DNA from: Atractiella rhizophila
Lineage: Eukaryota
Reading direction: 5' to 3'
NCBI GenBank assembly: GCA_021432655.1
Contig: MU271222.1
Location: forward strand, 41,519-105,518
Length of the DNA: 64,000 nucleotides
A program made the translations under genes and the position numbers. The notes under the pieces were generated by a model, which was given only the letters and a program-made list of their open reading frames with translations, ran no database searches and was not told the DNA's origin. Each line of letters starts with the position of its first letter. The first letter of the stretch is position 1. This document shows, one piece after another, positions 62,554 through 64,000 of the stretch.

Positions 62554-63798
62554 ATGGACTCGACGTCCAGCTCTCACACACATGACGCTTCCTTTTCGCC
62601 GTCTTCTAATCCGCTTCTAGGCCTCCTTTCGACTCCTAGTTCGCTGCTGAACGGCTGCTCGATTTCTAACAGCTCCACCGAATCATTTCGTTGCGTCGAA
62701 GCCTCCCGTATCGAATTCTCGGTTGCTGTGCCTCGAACGCAAATATTTTTGAGGCGGCGCAAGACAAAAGGGCTCAGTCAGCAAAAAAAGAGTCTGGGAG
62801 CGGAAGAGGATGACAACAGCCACCCTTTTGCTCCAGCCGACCAAAGGCAGCGGACACTTTCCTCTCACCTTGTGCAAAGCCCTGATCATTGGGACCGCGC
62901 TCTTCCTTCTAGTGCTCCTGCGGATTCTCGACTCACCTTTGAACGTGGCTCCAGCCCGACCAGAGCGAACACCAAACTCCCAAGCCACCCACCTAAGCCA
63001 TTATTCTTTCTGAGGAAACGAAGACCTCGCCCTCGGTTCACCCTCCCTCAGGATTCTTACACCACATCTTCTTCGTCAAAGCCAACATCGCGTGCACCTC
63101 CTCCTCTCGTACCCTACTTCAATGGCTTTTATACTGAGGAGCAGAAGAACATGTTGGAAGAGTCTGCCAAGGCAGTAGCCAGGCGAAGGTCTGATATGTC
63201 TCATCGGAGAGGAAAGAGCGAGCCTGTGGGCTGGGAGAGGGACAACTCCATGGCGGATTGCGGAAAATTAGTTGCGCAGAAACGTCATCTTGTGATTTGG
63301 GAGAAAGAGGAGGGACAAGAGGTTACCTTTCTCTCAAAGACTGAGCCATTGTTCTGATTAGACAATCTAATGTAGGAAAGGAATCATGAGATCGTAACGA
63401 GTCCTCTGAACAAAACGGCAGAAGTCCCTCCTGCCACAGAGTTTCCTTGTTCACCACAATATCGCGTGGAGAAGATGCACCATGCTCGCTCTTTCTCGGC
63501 ACCTACAGCCTCGTACAAAGGCTCCTCTCTCCACGAGGTCCTCGCTCAGGAGAGGAACTGGACAGAAGACTTGCTCCAACTTTACCTTGACGATATCGAG
63601 CTTGACGAAAATGCTCGCGCTCGCGCTCCCGACTTCAAATCCCTGCCTACTTTAACCGAAACCTCTCCTTTGCCTGTTCCCTCTACTTCAGGATCTAAAT
63701 CGTCAAGCTATGACTTTGGGCTTGTCCCGAAAGAGAGGAAGTCGGCTATGATGACGATTCGAGACATTGATGGCGAGCTCTTCGAGTTGGTCAAATGA
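62554..63798 (+). CDS. Hypothetical low-complexity Ser/Pro-rich protein
   Basis: Two long ORFs joined in frame by an intron at 63322-63375 (GTTACC...CTAATGTAG). Confidence 0.65.
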
Positions 63799-64000
63799 AG
63801 AATCTGTTTTCGAACAGTGTTATCCAGATCTCAAGATTTCAGTTTTGGGTTTGTGTTTGTTGCATTAGCCATAAGTTCCATTCAACGTCACAGGATCATC
63901 TTTCCGAGAGAGACTGCTGCGGCTGGTCCGCCTTTGTTCAATTGTTGAGGTTCATAGTTTCAGGGCTTAAGTTTAACTGTTTCCTCTTTCCTCGTTCTTA

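Overview
Eukaryotic, intron-dense fungal genomic DNA. Introns are mostly ~45-60 bp with degenerate donors such as GTGCGT, GTTCGT and GTCAGT. The gene content looks basidiomycete; Pucciniomycotina is only a guess. I reconstructed about 23 spliced genes by eye: kappa-class GST, a divergent proteasome beta5 subunit, a small Zn2Cys6 factor, a QutR-like AROM-derived pseudoenzyme, a GH26-like hydrolase, two tandem bZIPs, AKTIP/FTS, a cell-surface cluster (one TM protein, two Cys-rich GPI-type paralogs plus a pseudogene, a secreted DJ-1/PfpI), a UIM protein, an OPT transporter, a formaldehyde-dehydrogenase-like MDR, a frameshifted SDR, a small secreted protein, two tandem DHA2 MFS transporters with a 1.15 kb partial duplication, two F-box paralogs around an M28 aminopeptidase, and a low-complexity protein. 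Most notable: beta5 carries Ile45/Thr48 in its substrate pocket; two oversized AKTIP introns have snoRNA-like architecture; the QutR-like gene has lost catalytic residues; the MFS duplication is mosaic; and the bZIP pair shares a promoter motif. No rRNA, tRNA, CRISPR or recognisable transposase was seen. All calls are manual, without database searches, so exon boundaries and some starts are approximate.
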